Shown here piece by piece: positions 60,484 to 64,000 of a stretch of 64,000 bases of DNA (position 1 is its first letter; each line of letters starts with the position of its first letter). This DNA comes from Rikenellaceae bacterium (lineage in GTDB: Bacteria; Bacteroidota; Bacteroidia; Bacteroidales; Rikenellaceae): the NCBI GenBank assembly GCA_047173765.1, contig JBCQUV010000002.1:10898-74897 (forward strand), in the 5' to 3' direction. Made by a program: the position numbers and the translations under genes. Below the pieces are notes generated by a model, which searched no databases, was not told the DNA's origin, and worked only from the letters and a program-made list of their open reading frames with translations.

Positions 60484-61551
60484 ATGAGTTATAAAATTTT
60501 AGCTATAAATCCAGGTTCTACCTCTACAAAGGCCGCTTTGTATGAGGATAAAGAGATTTTGTTCGATATGACACTTCGCCACTCGGCAGAGGAGTTGTCT
60601 AAATATTCGCATGTGATTGAGCAGTTGGAGTGGAGAAAGGAGTTGATTCTTGATGCACTCAAAGAGCGCGATTTCGATGTTGCAAACCTTTCGGCTGTAG
60701 TAGGTCGTGGTGGTTTGGTTAAGCCTATCGAGGGTGGTGTGTATGAGGTGAATGACACCTTGGTTGAGGACACTAAGCACGCAGTGCGTGAGCATGCCTC
60801 AAACCTCGGAGCACTTATCGCTCGCTCTATCGCAGACCAAATTGGTGTTCAATCATTCATCGCCGACCCAGTTGTTGTGGATGAGTTGGAGCCCGTAGCT
60901 CGTGTGAGTGGAATCCCAGAGTTGCCACGTACATCTATGTTCCACGCCCTCAACTCTAAGGCTATAGCGCACGCTTACGCAGATGACCAAGGCAAGGAGT
61001 ATGAGGCGTTGAACCTTATCGTTGTGCACATGGGCGGTGGAGTTTCGGTGAGCATCCACAAGCAAGGTCGTATTGTAGATACCACAAATGCATTGTCGGG
61101 TGATGGCGCATTCTCTCCAGAGCGTGCAGGTCGTGTGGAGCCTATGGCACTCGTAGATTTGTGTTTCTCGGGCAAACACAGCCACGAAGAGATACAAAAG
61201 ATGGTTATCGGTCACGGAGGTCTTATGGCTCTTATGGAGACAAACTCTATGTTGGATGTTGTGAACGCTTCGCTCGATGGCGACGCTCACGCAAAACTTG
61301 TATTCGATGCTTTCTGCTACAATGTAGCTAAGGATGTTGGCGCAATGAGCACAGTAGTGTGTGGTAAAGTTGATGCAATCCTCATCACTGGAGGTATCGC
61401 ATACAATGAGCACATCACCAAGAGCCTCACCGAAAAGTGTGAGTTTATAGCTCCAGTGGTTATCTACGCTGGCGAGAATGAGCTAGGTTCACTTTCAGGA
61501 AGCGTACTTAAGGTTCTTCAGGGTACTGCTACTGCGAAGGTTTACGCGTAA
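60484..61551 (+). CDS. buk: Butyrate kinase
   Basis: INPGSTSTK, VGRGG, HASNLG, DPVVVDE, FHALN, HMGGG, SPERAG. Confidence 0.96.
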   Translation: MSYKILAINPGSTSTKAALYEDKEILFDMTLRHSAEELSKYSHVIEQLEWRKELILDALKERDFDVANLSAVVGRGGLVKPIEGGVYEVNDTLVEDTKHAVREHASNLGALIARSIADQIGVQSFIADPVVVDELEPVARVSGIPELPRTSMFHALNSKAIAHAYADDQGKEYEALNLIVVHMGGGVSVSIHKQGRIVDTTNALSGDGAFSPERAGRVEPMALVDLCFSGKHSHEEIQKMVIGHGGLMALMETNSMLDVVNASLDGDAHAKLVFDAFCYNVAKDVGAMSTVVCGKVDAILITGGIAYNEHITKSLTEKCEFIAPVVIYAGENELGSLSGSVLKVLQGTATAKVYA

Positions 61552-61565
61552 TAAAGGAGTTTTAT

Positions 61566-61613
61566 AAAAAGCCCCTCCTGTTTCTTGTTTTGAAATAGGA
61601 GGGGGCTTTTTTT
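61566..61613 (+). terminator. Intrinsic terminator after buk
   Basis: AAAAAGCCCCTCCTGTTTC...GAAATAGGAGGGGGCTTTTTTT. Confidence 0.85.
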
Positions 61614-61627
61614 GACTCCGTTATTTC

Positions 61628-61759
61628 ATATTTTACCCCACCCCCAAACCCCCTCCCTTAAGTTCCTTTTCTGCTATTCGCATCTCGGCAATTCAAGCGA
61701 GGCTTGATTGCTCTCGATTTGTCAGCAGCTGGGGAGTGGCTTAGTCGCTTCGCTCCGAC
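61628..61759 (+). repeat. Family E repeat, copy 2, with a 72-bp hairpin insert (61659-61730)
   Basis: Flanks align with 38889-38950; insert core GCAATTCAAGC-gag-GCTTGATTGC. Confidence 0.65.
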
Positions 61760-61828
61760 GGGTCAAGGATGACAATATGGATTTAACATACTACAACTAA
61801 TGAGATAGTTACCTCGTGATTAACCCAT

Positions 61829-62018
61829 CGTTACCCTCGATTTGGGGCGGACACCTGCAAGGTGTCCGAAAATAATAATATCCTATATTTTTGGTCAAAT
61901 TCATTTGAACCAAAATATAGGATATTATTATTTCAGAGCCAAAGGCTCGTTCGCCCAAATCGCTAGCGGAAAACTGCCCGTGCGGCTTCGCACCGCCCGC
62001 CGGCGTGAGGCAGTCCCA
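61829..62018 (+). repeat. ~190-bp multi-branched structured repeat, family C, copy IV
   Basis: Same fold and 3' module AAAACTGCCCGTGCGGCTTCGCACCGCCCGCCGGCGTGAGGCAGTCCCA. Confidence 0.85.
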
Positions 62019-62020
62019 AG

Positions 62021-63073
62021 CTAAGCCAAAGTATTCCGAATCACAGACTCAGCGATTGCAGCGTAGTACTCCTTGACACGCTCATCGCCTATGATGGCAG
62101 GAGTTCCAGCCTCGGCACCCTCCATTATAGATTGTATTATGGGCACTTCGCCTAGAAATGGCACGCCTACCTGCGAAGCATATTCACGTGCTCCGCCACG
62201 CCCAAATATGTAGTATCTGTTGTCGGGTAGCTCCTCGGGGGTGAACCACGCCATATTCTCGATTATACCTGCCACCTTGACCTTGACATTCTCGTTGTGG
62301 AACATCTCCACACCACGCACCACATCCGCTAGGGCTATGCCTTGGGGGGTAGATACTATCACGGCGGACTTAAACTTCAACTCCGAGAGAATCGTGAGGT
62401 GAATATCTCCTGTACCTGGAGGTAGGTCTACGAGCAAGAAATCGAGCGTACCCCACTTGGTTTGGTGTATAAGCTGCTTGAGGGCATTAGACGCCATCGT
62501 GCCACGCCATAGCAGAGCATCGGTGGGCTTAATGAAGAATCCTATCGACATAACTTTGAGCCCGTCCACTTCGGCAGGGATTATGCAATCGACCCCATCC
62601 ACCTGCTCACCATCGGGCAAATACCCCTCTACACCCCACATTCGAGGTTGCGAAGGTCCATAAATATCGGCATCTAAGATACCAACCCTAAATCCCATAT
62701 CTCGCAGTGTAGCAGCTAGATTAGCCGTCACCGTAGATTTGCCTACGCCACCTTTACCCGATGCCACACCTATGACATTGGCAATTGCCGAAGTTGTGGT
62801 TTTTTTCTCGGGCTCCACGATTTTTTGGGGTGCAGCCTCCTTGACCAATACGAGTTTCGTACCCTCGAAATTGGCAAAGTTTTCTGCTAGCATAGTCTCA
62901 ATACGCCCTTTAATTTTGATAGCGAAGGGGTCGCGCACACGCCCAAAGCGAAGTGTGACAACTATTTTTTTGTCCGTAGCGACCACCCCTTCGACGAATC
63001 CTCCCTCGACAATATCGACCCCAGTTTCGGGGTGGATAATCTGGCGCAGAAGGGTGTTTATCTTTTGTTCCAT
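62021..63073 (-). CDS. mrp: Mrp/ApbC/NBP35 Fe-S cluster carrier ATPase
   Basis: VASGKGGVGKST, LDADIYGPS, MSIGF, VDLPPGTGD, ENMA. Confidence 0.94.
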   Translation of the reverse strand: MEQKINTLLRQIIHPETGVDIVEGGFVEGVVATDKKIVVTLRFGRVRDPFAIKIKGRIETMLAENFANFEGTKLVLVKEAAPQKIVEPEKKTTTSAIANVIGVASGKGGVGKSTVTANLAATLRDMGFRVGILDADIYGPSQPRMWGVEGYLPDGEQVDGVDCIIPAEVDGLKVMSIGFFIKPTDALLWRGTMASNALKQLIHQTKWGTLDFLLVDLPPGTGDIHLTILSELKFKSAVIVSTPQGIALADVVRGVEMFHNENVKVKVAGIIENMAWFTPEELPDNRYYIFGRGGAREYASQVGVPFLGEVPIIQSIMEGAEAGTPAIIGDERVKEYYAAIAESVIRNTLA

Positions 63074-63170
63074 TTATGTATGAATTTTGTTAATTACAAA
63101 GGTAGTCATTTTGAGTAAAAAATGTGCTATTAAAAGTGGTAGTTTTGTGTGTAATTTAGCAAAAAAATGT

Positions 63171-63319
63171 TATCTTTGCATCGTTAAATCACTTAACCTG
63201 TTAAAATAGCATGAATTTTTCGTCCAAATATAGATGGTCGCAACAGATTTTTAGCTGTGGGGAGAGTGTGAAAATATATAAGCCGTTATAACGACATAGT
63301 TGTGTTATAGCGGTTTTTT
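63171..63319 (+). promoter_or_regulatory. purE leader: promoter, 26-codon ORF (63211-63291) and terminator hairpin (63281-63319)
   Basis: TATCTTTG -7 element; AGCCGTTATAAC...GTTATAGCGGTT plus T-run ending about 30 nt before the purE ATG. Confidence 0.6.
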
Positions 63320-63347
63320 ACTTTTTTATAATTTACAATTTGCAAAG

Positions 63348-63815
63348 ATGAAAGTAGGAATTATTATGGGCTCTACAAGCGACTACGACGTGATGTCGGC
63401 AGCCGTAGAGTGCTTGGAATCATTTGGTGTAGAGTTCGAAAAGAGAGTTGTGAGTGCTCACCGTACCCCCGATTTGTTGGTAGAGTATGCCAAGAGCGCT
63501 AAGTCTAGAGGCTTGGAGGTTATCATAGCAGGTGCAGGTGGCGCAGCCCATTTGCCAGGTATGGTGGCTAGTATGACTCCACTCCCTGTTATTGGTGTGC
63601 CAGTGAAGTCTCGTGCACTTAATGGTTTGGATTCTCTGCTTTCGATTGTGCAGATGCCAGCAGGTGTGCCTGTGGCGACTACGGCTATCAATGGTGCGAA
63701 AAATGCAGCACTTATTGCAGTGTCGATTTTGTCGCTTAGTGACAAAGCTTTGGCCGAAAAGTACGATGCTTTTAGGGCTAAGCAGACAGCAGATGTATTA
63801 GCAGCAGAGTTGTAG
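63348..63815 (+). CDS. purE: N5-carboxyaminoimidazole ribonucleotide mutase
   Basis: [34 protein letters not shown]; start at ATG 63348. Confidence 0.97.
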   Translation: MKVGIIMGSTSDYDVMSAAVECLESFGVEFEKRVVSAHRTPDLLVEYAKSAKSRGLEVIIAGAGGAAHLPGMVASMTPLPVIGVPVKSRALNGLDSLLSIVQMPAGVPVATTAINGAKNAALIAVSILSLSDKALAEKYDAFRAKQTADVLAAEL

Positions 63816-63818
63816 AGT

Positions 63819-64000
63819 ATGAAAATTGGAATTATCGGAGGAGGTCAGCTAGGGCTGATGATTGCCCAGCAGGCAAAGGGTCTCGGTGTGCAAACCATAG
63901 CGTTGGACCCTGCAGTGGATGCTCCAGCTTTTGCGGTGTGCGACGAACATATCGTGGCGACATACACCGACGAGGATGCGTTGGTACAGTTGTGCGAGGC
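63819..64000 (+). CDS. purK: N5-carboxyaminoimidazole ribonucleotide synthase (3' end outside window)
   Basis: Read directly from sequence: MKIGIIGGGQLGLM...ALDP..DAPA; follows purE. Confidence 0.92.
   Translation, partial: MKIGIIGGGQLGLMIAQQAKGLGVQTIALDPAVDAPAFAVCDEHIVATYTDEDALVQLCE

Overview
Chromosomal core-genome window from a Bacteroidota bacterium (TAnnTTTG -7 promoters, no Shine-Dalgarno sites, eukaryote-type GlyRS, acidic lipoprotein export signals; probably Rikenellaceae/Alistipes-like, which is inference). It holds about 55 mostly housekeeping CDS (arg and thr biosynthesis, pckA, valS, glyS, pyrG, coaBC, recN, pfkA, cmk-ispH, rnpA, yidC, ackA-ptb-buk, purE-purK), one tRNA(CAT), and a cobalamin-riboswitch-controlled B12 uptake locus with three surface lipoproteins but no btuF. 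I saw no transposase, integrase, reverse transcriptase, CRISPR array or prophage. The unusual content is intergenic, where several families of palindromic elements are clustered and sometimes nested. (1) A ~195-bp multi-branched element in 4 copies keeps the same fold (four-way junction, 62-69-nt AT-rich arm with RTTCAY apex, near-invariant 3' three-way junction) while its stem sequences diverge with compensatory changes. (2) A 167-bp TA-flanked MITE in 4 copies folds as one rod with strand-specific G-U wobbles; one copy is inserted into a different rod element that is also 167 bp. (3) ~123-bp elements carry the central motif of Rickettsia palindromic elements. There is also a stand-alone structured sRNA candidate and a leader-peptide/terminator attenuator candidate before purE. 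All folds and alignments were done by eye; no searches were run.
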